Positions 1-8,339 of a stretch of DNA of 63,085 bases are shown here, piece after piece. The notes beneath the pieces are model-generated. The model made no database searches and had not been told where the DNA came from. It worked only from the letters and a program-made list of their open reading frames with translations. The stretch covers positions 1-63,085 of the forward strand of contig CAZKFX010000002.1 of NCBI GenBank assembly GCA_964552375.1, in the 5' to 3' direction. Position 1 is the first letter of the stretch; every line of letters begins with the position of its first letter. The position numbers were made by a program, and so were the translations under genes. This DNA is from an uncultured Candidatus Saccharibacteria bacterium (lineage in GTDB: Bacteria; Patescibacteriota; Minisyncoccia; Minisyncoccales; CAZJYT01).

Positions 1-1355
1 AAAAAACAAAAAAACTGAAAAATGCAAGAAAGAGAAAAGGAAAGAGGAAGAGCAATTACTTTAAAATTTTTTAAATCTTTTAAATTCAAAACGCTAGTTA
101 TAAAATTTTTGAAAGGATTTGAAAAAGACAAAAGCCAAATAAAAAATAAACAAAAAATTAAATTTAAAACTGTTCCCAAAATATTAATTAAGGCTGGGGT
201 TTTGGAATCTTTTTGGGCATAAAACCCTTTAGCAAACAAAAGATTTAAGCTTTGAGCAAAAATACCCAAAGAAAACATTCCTAAACAAGCTCCGGTTAAT
301 TGAACATCTGCCAAATCAAATTTTCCGGTCTTTAAAACGATTTCAACAATTAAATTTCTAAAAATAAAAAAAGAAAAACTTATGGGTAAAATAAAAATGA
401 GAGTTTTTTTAAAAACAGAAAAAAACAATTTTTTGAAATTTTTAAAATCTCTTTTGGCAAAATTTAAACTTAAAAAAGGAAAACTGGCACTTGAAAAAGA
501 GGCACCAAAAAAAGTTAAAATTGGTCGGACAAAATTTTCTGATAAATTGAGGGCAGAAATACTTCCTGAACCCAATTTTGAGGCTAGAGCATTAATAATA
601 ATTAAATTAACTTGATTAGCCCCCAACCCTAAAACTCTTGGAATCATTAATTTTATCGTTTCTATAAAATCTTTGTCAAAAATATTAAAAACCTTTTTTG
701 GTCTAAATCCAAGCTTAATTAAAATAGGAAGCTGAATTAAAAGATGTAAAAGACAACCAAAAATTACCCCAAAAGCTAAACCTGGCAACCCAAAATAAGG
801 TAAAAAAAATAAAATTCCAAAAATAATTCCTAGGTTATATAATATCGGAGAGAGGGCGGTAATTAAAAACCTATTAAAAATTCTTAAAACCCCAGACAAA
901 ATAGTGCTAATTCCCAAAATAATAGGGCTCAAAAGTAAAATTCTTGTCAAAAGAATTGTCATTTCTTTTTTTTCACCAAAAAATCCAGGAGCAACAAAAA
1001 AGATAAGTTTTGGAGTCAAAAAAAACAAAATTGTAGAAATTAAAATTAAAAAAAATAAAAACAAATTTAAAAGATTGGAAAGATACCAAAAAGCCGATTT
1101 TTTACTTTTAACTAATTTTTCACTGAAAATTGGCAAAATAGCTGAACCTAAAGCTCCAACAATTAAAGTCATTGAAATAAAATCCGGGATTTTAAAAGAG
1201 GCATAATAGATATCAAGTTCTTTTCCTAAACCAAATTTTCCGGCCAAAAGTCTGTCACGAATAAAACCCAAAAGAGCACTAATAAAAGAACAAACTCCTA
1301 AAATGAGAACTGCAAAATTGATATTTTTTGTTTCAAAATTCAAAAATTTGAACAC
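1..1355 (-). CDS. murJ: Lipid II flippase MurJ/MviN (non-ATG start; 3' end runs off the left edge)
   Basis: Absent from the ATG-only ORF track. I translated the minus strand by hand from GTG at 1355 (alternative TTG at 1343). It is stop-free down to position 3 and encodes a polytopic membrane protein: VFKFLNFETKNINFAVLILGVCSFISALLGFIRDRLLAGKFGLGKELDIYYASFKIPDFISMTLIVGALGSAILPIFSEKL ... TIKLMIPRVLGLGANQVNLIIINALASKLGSGSISALNLSENFVRPILTFFGASFSSASFP ... LFAKGFYAQKDSKTPALINI. The LGFIRDxxxAxxFG, FKIPxF and FYAxKDxKTP blocks are MurJ hallmarks. The plus-strand ORFs 22-222, 382-615 and 904-1206 are its antisense shadows. Confidence 0.8.
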   Translation of the reverse strand, partial: MFKFLNFETKNINFAVLILGVCSFISALLGFIRDRLLAGKFGLGKELDIYYASFKIPDFISMTLIVGALGSAILPIFSEKLVKSKKSAFWYLSNLLNLFLFFLILISTILFFLTPKLIFFVAPGFFGEKKEMTILLTRILLLSPIILGISTILSGVLRIFNRFLITALSPILYNLGIIFGILFFLPYFGLPGLAFGVIFGCLLHLLIQLPILIKLGFRPKKVFNIFDKDFIETIKLMIPRVLGLGANQVNLIIINALASKLGSGSISALNLSENFVRPILTFFGASFSSASFPFLSLNFAKRDFKNFKKLFFSVFKKTLIFILPISFSFFIFRNLIVEIVLKTGKFDLADVQLTGACLGMFSLGIFAQSLNLLFAKGFYAQKDSKTPALINILGTVLNLIFCLFFIWLLSFSNPFKNFITSVLNLKDLKNFKVIALPLSFSLSCIFQFFCF

Positions 1356-1358
1356 AAA

Positions 1359-2057
1359 TTATTTTAATTTTCTTAAAATTAAAATAGGGGTCTGTTGAGA
1401 ATCTTGACCTGCAGGATTGTCTTTTAATATTTCTAAAAGAAGTTTTTCTTTTCCTTTTAAATCTTCACTTTTTCCTAAAATATTTCCTCCCAAATCATTT
1501 ATATCTGCAATAACAAAAGAAAATCCATATTTTTCTTTCATTTTTTGGCAAATTTTGTCACAATTTACTGGAGGTAAAATTCCCATTTCTGAATATTGCG
1601 AAAATGCCTCTCCATAGAATCCATCCAATTGATTAATTTGATGTCCAACTAAATGATAAAAAACCCCAGAAATTCCAAAAATTTTAAAAATTTTTCCAAA
1701 AATTCCAGCAAAAATGACCCTCCAAAGTCCAGCTAAATTAATGGCAACTTGCATTTTCAAAGGATTTCCCACAGAAAAACCATGTGGAGTCTTTGTGGCA
1801 AACTTTGACAAAAATCTTGCCCAAAAACCTACTTTTAAATCCTTTTTGTAAATTATCCTTTTTTGCAAAATAGAAATGATTTTATGACAAAAAACTATTA
1901 TGTCATCTTTTTTCAAATATCTCAATACATATCCTTCAAAGATTTTTTCTAAATTGTCTTTTTCACAAATAAAATGAGTTTTAATAGGATATCTTTCCCA
2001 CTTTTCTCCAAAAACCTCAATTTGTAATTTTTTTCCAGGATTAGCTTTCAAATTCAT
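1359..2057 (-). CDS. F420-0:gamma-glutamyl ligase (CofE)-like superfamily protein, function unknown here
   Basis: 232-aa ORF ending 3 nt before the murJ start. Three blocks match the CofE-type fold consensus as I recall it. KKDDIIVFCHKIISILQKRII corresponds to GDvlvvxxKivSkaeGr. GFSFVIADINDLGGNILG corresponds to vgViItDtxGR. The C-terminal NPAGQDSQQTPILILRKL corresponds to GexxxxiPvvivRG. Confidence 0.45.
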   Translation of the reverse strand: MNLKANPGKKLQIEVFGEKWERYPIKTHFICEKDNLEKIFEGYVLRYLKKDDIIVFCHKIISILQKRIIYKKDLKVGFWARFLSKFATKTPHGFSVGNPLKMQVAINLAGLWRVIFAGIFGKIFKIFGISGVFYHLVGHQINQLDGFYGEAFSQYSEMGILPPVNCDKICQKMKEKYGFSFVIADINDLGGNILGKSEDLKGKEKLLLEILKDNPAGQDSQQTPILILRKLK

Positions 2058-2125
2058 TAATTTTGAAAGGTTGCCAAATACACTCTTTATTAGATATACT
2101 AAATAAAAAGAAAAATCTCAAAGTT

Positions 2126-3793
2126 ATGGAAGTATTTGAACTTTTTTTTAATCCTCCCTCAAAAAAAGAAGATAAATTAAAAAGTGAAAAAATTTTTGAT
2201 AGTTTTTGTTATGAACCTACAAATCCATATGAAGAAAAATTGGGAAATCTTTATATAGTCGGTCAATTGTCGCATCCTCTTCCTAAAAATTTAAGATTTT
2301 TAGAAAAAATCTCAGAATTTATCAAAGAAAAATACTACAGCAATTATTTTAAAGACCCAGAAACTGCCCTAAAAGAAGCTCTCAAAGAACTTAATAGTTT
2401 TTTTGAAGAAGAATTAAAAAGAGACCATACTCAATGGATGGGAAATTTGGATTTAGCTATTTTATCTCTTTCGCCTCATCAAAAAGAGATTGAATTGAAT
2501 TTTACTAAAATTGGAAAATTAAAAATTTTACTTTTAAAAGAAGATGGGCAAATTATAGATATTGGTTCCAAATTAGAGCATCAAGAAATTGAACCTTACC
2601 CCTTAAGAGTTTTTTCAAATATCCTTAGTGGAAAAATACCTCAAAAAGACACTTTGGGAATTTTTACTAAAGAAGTTTTTGATAATTTTCAAAATGAAAA
2701 TTTGATTTTAAATTTAGCCAAACAGGGAAAATTGACAGAAAAAAAGATAAAAAAAGTTTTAAAACCAGTAGAAAGCAAACTAAAAAAAATTTCAGGTCTT
2801 GCCCTTTTAATTAATCTTGAAAATAAGTTTCAAACCCATTCAGTTTTAAATGTAAAAGAAAGCTTTTCTTTTTTAAAAATGGTTCTTTCTAAAATTTCGT
2901 TTTTAAAAGGATTAATTTTAAAACCCTTTTCCATATTATTTTCTAAAATTAATTATTTTTTCTCTAATTTTTTTAAAGAGAGAGTTTTTTCAAAAACCAT
3001 TCCTTTTCTTTCAAAAAGAAATTTAATTTTAATTTTGGCTTTCGTTTCAATATTGGTGGTTGGAAGATTTTTAATCTTTCTTCAAGGAAAAAATGAAAAA
3101 GTTTTTTTAAAAGGAGAAATTCAAGAAAGTTTATTTGAAAAAAATCAAAATTTAAAAGATTTTTCTGAGATTTTAGAATTTAAATCAAAAGATTGCTCTC
3201 CTACTAATTTTTTAAAAATTGGAAATTCTTTCTATTTTTATTCTCATTTTTGTGAAAAAACATATAAATTTGATTTGAAAGACCAAAAATTGAATACCTT
3301 AAAAAAACCTCCAAAAATAATTTCTCTTTTAAAAAAGAAAGAATTTTTAGATGTAGCAATTTTTGGGGGAAATTTTTATTTTTTGGAAAAAGAGGGGCAA
3401 ATCATAAAATATTTACCCCAAAAAGAAAAAGAAATAAAATGGCTAAATCCTTTTACTAAAAAACCAAAAGGCGTCAAATCAATAGCGGTAGATGGATCAA
3501 TTTGGGTTTTAACGAAAGATAATAAAATTGAAAATTATTATTTGGGAAAATTTAAAAAGGGGTTTTCTTTAAAAAATGAAAACTTTAGTCAAATTTTTAC
3601 AAGTTTTTTTCTTAAAAATCTTTATCTTTTAAATCCTTCTCAAAATAAAATTGTGATTTTAACCAAAAAAGGAGAATTTTCAAGGGAGATTAAAAATCAA
3701 AAGTTTGATAATCTTTTAGATATTTTTGTCTCTAATGACGAAAAAACAATTTGGGTTTTAAATGGTAAAAAATTATACAAGTTTTCAATTTAA
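2126..3793 (+). CDS. Hypothetical single-pass membrane protein with a repeat-rich (beta-propeller-like) C-terminal region
   Basis: ORF track gives 2063-3793. I moved the start to ATG 2126 (MEVFELFF...) because 2063 lies 5 nt from the divergent CofE-like start and upstream of a TTGCCA-18nt-TATACT element (2071-2100). One hydrophobic helix (LILILAFVSILVVGRFLIFL) sits mid-protein. The C-terminal part has recurring strand-like motifs: FYFYS, FYFLEKEG, IWVLTKDN, LYLLNPSQ, IWVLNGKK. No family recognised. Confidence 0.5.
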   Translation: MEVFELFFNPPSKKEDKLKSEKIFDSFCYEPTNPYEEKLGNLYIVGQLSHPLPKNLRFLEKISEFIKEKYYSNYFKDPETALKEALKELNSFFEEELKRDHTQWMGNLDLAILSLSPHQKEIELNFTKIGKLKILLLKEDGQIIDIGSKLEHQEIEPYPLRVFSNILSGKIPQKDTLGIFTKEVFDNFQNENLILNLAKQGKLTEKKIKKVLKPVESKLKKISGLALLINLENKFQTHSVLNVKESFSFLKMVLSKISFLKGLILKPFSILFSKINYFFSNFFKERVFSKTIPFLSKRNLILILAFVSILVVGRFLIFLQGKNEKVFLKGEIQESLFEKNQNLKDFSEILEFKSKDCSPTNFLKIGNSFYFYSHFCEKTYKFDLKDQKLNTLKKPPKIISLLKKKEFLDVAIFGGNFYFLEKEGQIIKYLPQKEKEIKWLNPFTKKPKGVKSIAVDGSIWVLTKDNKIENYYLGKFKKGFSLKNENFSQIFTSFFLKNLYLLNPSQNKIVILTKKGEFSREIKNQKFDNLLDIFVSNDEKTIWVLNGKKLYKFSI

Positions 3794-3800
3794 AATAAAT

Positions 3801-4388
3801 ATGCGAGAAAAAATTGAAAAAAAGATAGAAAACCCAGAAAAAGAAAGAAAATTGACCCCGAAACAAAGATATGTTTTAGATTTTACTATTGAGGGGAAAG
3901 TTTTAAAAGAAATAAAAAATTTTAAAATTTCTTCTTTAAAAAAACTAAAAGGAAAACAAAGAGAAACTGCAGTAGAAAATCTTAAAAGTAATAATGTTTT
4001 AAAAATAGAAAATGATAAAATTGAAAAAATAAATTGGGAAAATTTGGAAAGATTTTTTGAAAAGACAAGAGGAGGTCAAATTTTAAAATTTATTAATGAA
4101 TATGAGGTTTTAAATGTCCCTTTGCTAGAAAAATTGCTTGATGTCTCCCCTACTCCTATTAGAAAAGAAACCTTTGCTCTTTTGTCTTGTGGATTGGTAG
4201 CGAGAGTAAAAGTTAAAGAAAAATATTTTTTTGTTCCTTTAAAAACAGCGGAAGAATTAGAAAAAATCAGGAGAGAAAAACCTTTCATAAGATCAAGAGA
4301 AAAAAGGTGGGAAGAAAAAATAATGAAAAAATTTGAAGAAAATTTAGAAAAAATTTCAAAAAATTCTTCTGATAAACTGAGCTCTTAA
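3801..4388 (+). CDS. Hypothetical protein (lysine/glutamate-rich)
   Basis: ORF track gives 3762-4388. ATG 3801 (MREKIEKKIENPEK...) avoids overlap with the upstream stop at 3793. The 3' end overlaps the convergent aroC by 33 nt. No motif recognised. Confidence 0.45.
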   Translation: MREKIEKKIENPEKERKLTPKQRYVLDFTIEGKVLKEIKNFKISSLKKLKGKQRETAVENLKSNNVLKIENDKIEKINWENLERFFEKTRGGQILKFINEYEVLNVPLLEKLLDVSPTPIRKETFALLSCGLVARVKVKEKYFFVPLKTAEELEKIRREKPFIRSREKRWEEKIMKKFEENLEKISKNSSDKLSS

Positions 4389-5450
4389 AGCAAAATCACA
4401 CAAAACCAAACCTAAAACAGACTCAACCACGGGAACCGCTCTAGGAACTATACAAGGATCATGTCTGCCATTTATTTTTAATATTTCCATTTTCTTTTTT
4501 TTGATATTGACAGTTAATTGGGGTTTTGAGATTGAAGAAGGAGGTTTGATAGCTACTTTTAAAATTAAAGGCATTCCATTAGAAATTCCTCCCAATACTC
4601 CTCCAGCATTATTGGTCTTTGTTAAAACTTTCTCATTTTTTAAAAAAAATAAATCATTATTTTCAGAGCCTTTAATTTTTGAAACCTCAAAACCTCTGCC
4701 AAATTCCACTCCTTTCACTCCGGGAATTGCAAAAAGAGCTTTTGAGATTTCACCGTCTAAACTATCAAAGATTGGTTCTCCCAATCCCACAGGTAAATTT
4801 AAACAAATAGCTTCTATCTTTCCCCCAATACTGTCACCCTCTTTTTTTACTTTTTCAATAATTTTTTTCATTTCTTTGGCATCTTTTAAATTAGCACATC
4901 TAACTTCGTTTTTATAAACATTTCTTTTAATTTCAGAGATTTTAGCCTTTCTTGCAGTTTTTCCACCAATTTCAATGGTGTGAGCCAAAATTTCAATATT
5001 TAATTTTTCTTTTAAAATTTTTTTAGCAATTGCCCCAGCCATTACCAAAGCCAAAGTCATTCTTCCTGAAAAAAACCCTCCACCTCTCAAATCAGCAAAA
5101 CCTCCATATTTCAAAAAAGCAGTAAAATCAGCGTGACCAGGTCTCAATAATCCTTCATTTATTTTTTTGTAATCTTTTGAAAGAACATCTTTGTTCCAAA
5201 CCAAAAGACAAATAGGAGCTCCAGTGGTTTTTCCATTTAAAACTCCTGACAAAATTTCTACTTTGTCTTTTTCTTTTCTTTGAGTAAAAATTTGAGAAGA
5301 TCCAGGTTTTCTTTTTTCTACTTCTTTTTGAATATCTTTTTCTTTTAATTTTAAACCAGCAGGACATCCCTCAACAACTACCCCTACACATTTTCCATGA
5401 CTTTCTCCAAAAACTGTAATTTTGAAAATTTTTCCAAGAGAAAAACTCAT
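4356..5450 (-). CDS. aroC: Chorismate synthase
   Basis: Signature blocks: FKITVFGESHGKCVGVVVEGCPAGL, LRPGHADFTAFLKYGG, GRHDPCIVPRAVPVVE. Length is typical at 364 aa. Confidence 0.93.
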   Translation of the reverse strand: MSFSLGKIFKITVFGESHGKCVGVVVEGCPAGLKLKEKDIQKEVEKRKPGSSQIFTQRKEKDKVEILSGVLNGKTTGAPICLLVWNKDVLSKDYKKINEGLLRPGHADFTAFLKYGGFADLRGGGFFSGRMTLALVMAGAIAKKILKEKLNIEILAHTIEIGGKTARKAKISEIKRNVYKNEVRCANLKDAKEMKKIIEKVKKEGDSIGGKIEAICLNLPVGLGEPIFDSLDGEISKALFAIPGVKGVEFGRGFEVSKIKGSENNDLFFLKNEKVLTKTNNAGGVLGGISNGMPLILKVAIKPPSSISKPQLTVNIKKKKMEILKINGRHDPCIVPRAVPVVESVLGLVLCDFALRAQFIRRIF

Positions 5451-5457
5451 AATTAAT

Positions 5458-6693
5458 TTAAAAAATTAAATTTTTTAAAATTTTGAAAAATTCAGGATAA
5501 GATTTTTTCACGCAATTTGGATTTTTGATTTTTGTTTTGCCCTTTGAAATCAATCCTAAAATAGAAAAAGCCATAGCAATTCTATGATCTTTTGTATCAA
5601 TTTCAATACCTTGGGGTTCTCCTCCTTCAATTAAAAATTTCCCTTTTTTTCTTTTAACAAAAATTTTCATTTTTTTTAAATTTTTTTCCATCTCTCTTAA
5701 TCTATTTGACTCTTTATATTTTAGTCTTTCAATTCCTGAAATTTCTGTTTTTCCTGAAGCTCCCACTCCCAAAACACAAATTATAGGAAACAAATCTGGA
5801 CAATCTTTTACATTGAATTTAAAACTTTTTATTTTTGATTTTTCTACCAAAATAAAATCTTTTTCGATTTTAAAATTAACATTAGCTTTTTTAAGCACTT
5901 CAATTATTTTTCTATCTGCCTGACAACTTTTAAAATTTAAATTTTTGACTTTTATCTTTCCAGTCAAAGCTCCAGCAACCAAAAAAGGAGAAACTGACGA
6001 CCAATCTCCTTCTACAAAATAATCAGTAGCTTTATAGTTTTGTCTTTTTATTCTAAACCATCTTAAATTTTTTTTATATTCCACTTTTACCCCAAATTTC
6101 TTTTGCATTTCAATTGTCATTAAAAGATAAGGTTTTGATTCTAAAGGTGTTGTCAATATTATTTCAACTTCTTTTTTACAAAATGGAGAAATCAAAAGAA
6201 GCCCTGAAATAAATTGAGAGCTTATATTACCTCTTATTTTTGTTTTACCACCTAAAAAATTGTTTTCTAAAATTACATATTTTCCTTTTTTTTGGCATTT
6301 GACACCCAAATTTTTTAAAGCTTTTAACAAAGGAAGAATTGGCCTTTTAAGTAAACTTTCTTTTCCGGTTAAATAACATTTTCCCTTTATTAGAGCACAA
6401 ATTGCGCTTAAAAATCTAAAAGTAGTCCCAGATTCTCTACAAAACAAAGGAGTTTTTGGTGTAGAAAAATTGCCACCTTTTATCTTTAAAAAATTATCTT
6501 CCTTTTTAATTTTTATTCCTATTTTTTTAAGGCAAGAAATTGTAGCTTTGGTATCATCACAAATTAAGGGATTGAAAATTTTACTTTCACCCTTAGTTAA
6601 ACCAGCCAAAATTAAAGCCCTATGAGTATAACTCTTTGAAGGAGGAGCAAAGATTTTACCAAAAACTCTACCTTTTTTAATTAACATTTTCAA
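5458..6693 (-). CDS. aroA: 3-phosphoshikimate 1-carboxyvinyltransferase (EPSP synthase)
   Basis: Signature blocks: PPSKSYTHRALILAGL, RESGTTFRFLSA, LLKRPILPLLKAL, DHRIAMAFSILGL. 411 aa. Confidence 0.92.
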   Translation of the reverse strand: MKMLIKKGRVFGKIFAPPSKSYTHRALILAGLTKGESKIFNPLICDDTKATISCLKKIGIKIKKEDNFLKIKGGNFSTPKTPLFCRESGTTFRFLSAICALIKGKCYLTGKESLLKRPILPLLKALKNLGVKCQKKGKYVILENNFLGGKTKIRGNISSQFISGLLLISPFCKKEVEIILTTPLESKPYLLMTIEMQKKFGVKVEYKKNLRWFRIKRQNYKATDYFVEGDWSSVSPFLVAGALTGKIKVKNLNFKSCQADRKIIEVLKKANVNFKIEKDFILVEKSKIKSFKFNVKDCPDLFPIICVLGVGASGKTEISGIERLKYKESNRLREMEKNLKKMKIFVKRKKGKFLIEGGEPQGIEIDTKDHRIAMAFSILGLISKGKTKIKNPNCVKKSYPEFFKILKNLIF

Positions 6694-7501
6694 AAAATTT
6701 TTTAATTTTTATCATTTCTCTTTCAAATTTTTGAGAATTTTTATTATTAACGATTTTTAACCAAAATTTCACCTTTTTGAGAAATTCTCTTTCAACCAAT
6801 TCAATATCTGGCAATTGAAAATGCAATTTACTATAAAATTTAGGTGAGGAAAAAGCAACACTTTTGATTAAAGTTAGCAATTTTTCAAAAGAAGGAGTAA
6901 AAATATCTTTGTTTTCTTTTGAAAAATTATCCAAATAAAAGGAACCTGCTGTTAAACCTACAAAATGAGGAATACCTAAAATTAAAGTCATTAATTTATC
7001 ATGTTCTTTGGGAGACATCAATTTTACTTTAAAATTTCTTTTTTCTAACCAAATTTTAAATTCTTTGGCAAATTTTTTTTCTTTTGGATTTGTAGGAGTT
7101 AAAATGAAATTTAAATTTTTCTTTTTTGCCTGAGGCCCAAACAAGGGATGAGTTCCCAAAATTAGATTTTTTTTCAAAAATTTGTGCATAATTTTAAGAG
7201 GAAATTCTTTGAGAGAACAAATATCTAAAATTTTTTGATTTTTTCTTAAAAAAGGTGCTATCTCTTTTATTAAATTTTCAAAATCTTCAATTAAAACAGA
7301 AATTAAAATAAAATCTGCAAATTTTACTGCTTGTTTGTTATCTTTACAGATTTTAATATTTTGATATTTTTTAAATTTAAAAAGTTTCTCTTTTTTCAAA
7401 TCACTTACAAAAACCTCACTTTTTTGTTTGGCAAAAAACTTGGCAAAATAACTTCCCATTTGACCTCCTGCTCCCAAAATGGCAATTTTTTTAATTTCCA
7501 T
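6677..7501 (-). CDS. tyrA: Prephenate dehydrogenase
   Basis: N-terminal Rossmann motif IAILGAGGQMGSYFAKFF, plus LGTHPLFGP (HPMFGP-type motif). It sits between pheA and aroA. Confidence 0.8.
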   Translation of the reverse strand: MEIKKIAILGAGGQMGSYFAKFFAKQKSEVFVSDLKKEKLFKFKKYQNIKICKDNKQAVKFADFILISVLIEDFENLIKEIAPFLRKNQKILDICSLKEFPLKIMHKFLKKNLILGTHPLFGPQAKKKNLNFILTPTNPKEKKFAKEFKIWLEKRNFKVKLMSPKEHDKLMTLILGIPHFVGLTAGSFYLDNFSKENKDIFTPSFEKLLTLIKSVAFSSPKFYSKLHFQLPDIELVEREFLKKVKFWLKIVNNKNSQKFEREMIKIKKFFENVN

Positions 7502-8339
7502 TTTTAGCTATCGGATAAGAACCCAAAATTTTTATAAAGGTTGTCTTTTTTTTCAAGTCCTCTAAAGCTTTTTTTATTTTTTCTTCTTTAATGTTTCCAA
7601 TAAAATCCAAATAAAAATGATATTCCCAGGGCTTTCCGATAATTGGACGAGATTCAATTTTTGTCAAATTTATCTTTCTTTTGGCAAATGGTTTTAAAGC
7701 TTCATATAAAGCTCCTGGTAAATGCTTTAATCCAAAAACAATAGAAGTTTTACTTTCTTTAGTAAAATTTCTTTCAGTTTTTGAAATAACTAAAAAACGA
7801 GTGAAATTTTTTTTATTTGTCTCAATCCCTCTTTTTAAAATTTCCATTCCATAAATTTTTCCTGCCCATTCTGAAGCTACAGCTCCACTATCTTTTTTTG
7901 TTTTTCTTTTCAATATCTTTACTGCTCCAGCTGTATCATAAACTGGAATTGCTTTTACTTTCAATTTTTGTAAAAATTCTCTACACTGAGATAAGGCTTG
8001 CCAATGTGAATAAACTTTTTTTAAATTTTCAATCTTTGTTCCTTTTTTCCCTATTAAACACAACTTTATTCTCAAAATTTGCTCGCCATAAATTTTCAAG
8101 TTAAATTTTAACAAAAGATCATAGTTTTCTCCTATTGTTCCTCCCAAAGAATTCTCTATAGGCACGATACCAAAATTTGATTTTTCTTTTTTAACACTCT
8201 CAAAAACCTCATAAAAACTTTCACAAGGCAAGGTTTCTATTTTTTCACCAAAAAATTTAATTGCTGCCATTTCAGAAAAGGCTCCCTTTTCTCCCTGGAA
8301 AGAAACTTTAATCTTTTTGGATTTTTTTGGCATTTTCAA
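7491..8339 (-). CDS. pheA: Prephenate dehydratase with C-terminal ACT domain
   Basis: Signature blocks: KVSFQGEKGAFSEMAA, VPIENSLGGTIGENYD, TRFLVIS, LTKIESRPIIGKPWEYHFYLDF. Confidence 0.88.
   Translation of the reverse strand: MKMPKKSKKIKVSFQGEKGAFSEMAAIKFFGEKIETLPCESFYEVFESVKKEKSNFGIVPIENSLGGTIGENYDLLLKFNLKIYGEQILRIKLCLIGKKGTKIENLKKVYSHWQALSQCREFLQKLKVKAIPVYDTAGAVKILKRKTKKDSGAVASEWAGKIYGMEILKRGIETNKKNFTRFLVISKTERNFTKESKTSIVFGLKHLPGALYEALKPFAKRKINLTKIESRPIIGKPWEYHFYLDFIGNIKEEKIKKALEDLKKKTTFIKILGSYPIAKNGN

Noticed and set aside
22-1206. Plus-strand ORFs 22-222, 382-615 and 904-1206 from the ORF track
   Set aside because: These are lysine/phenylalanine-rich low-complexity translations lying antisense to a continuous, motif-bearing murJ reading frame on the minus strand. 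They are shadow ORFs.
1417-1617. Numerous 60-140-aa ORFs antisense to or out of frame within large genes. Examples: 1417-1617, 4501-4917, 5155-5367, 7817-8104, 8327-8599, 9364-9651, 12717-12956, 14213-14461, 32981-33334, 38003-38484, 43449-43730, 53500-53697, 54465-54946.
   Set aside because: Each lies entirely inside a longer ORF with clear family motifs. Their translations are S/F/L/K-rich, as expected from the reverse complement of AT-rich K/E/I-rich coding sequence.
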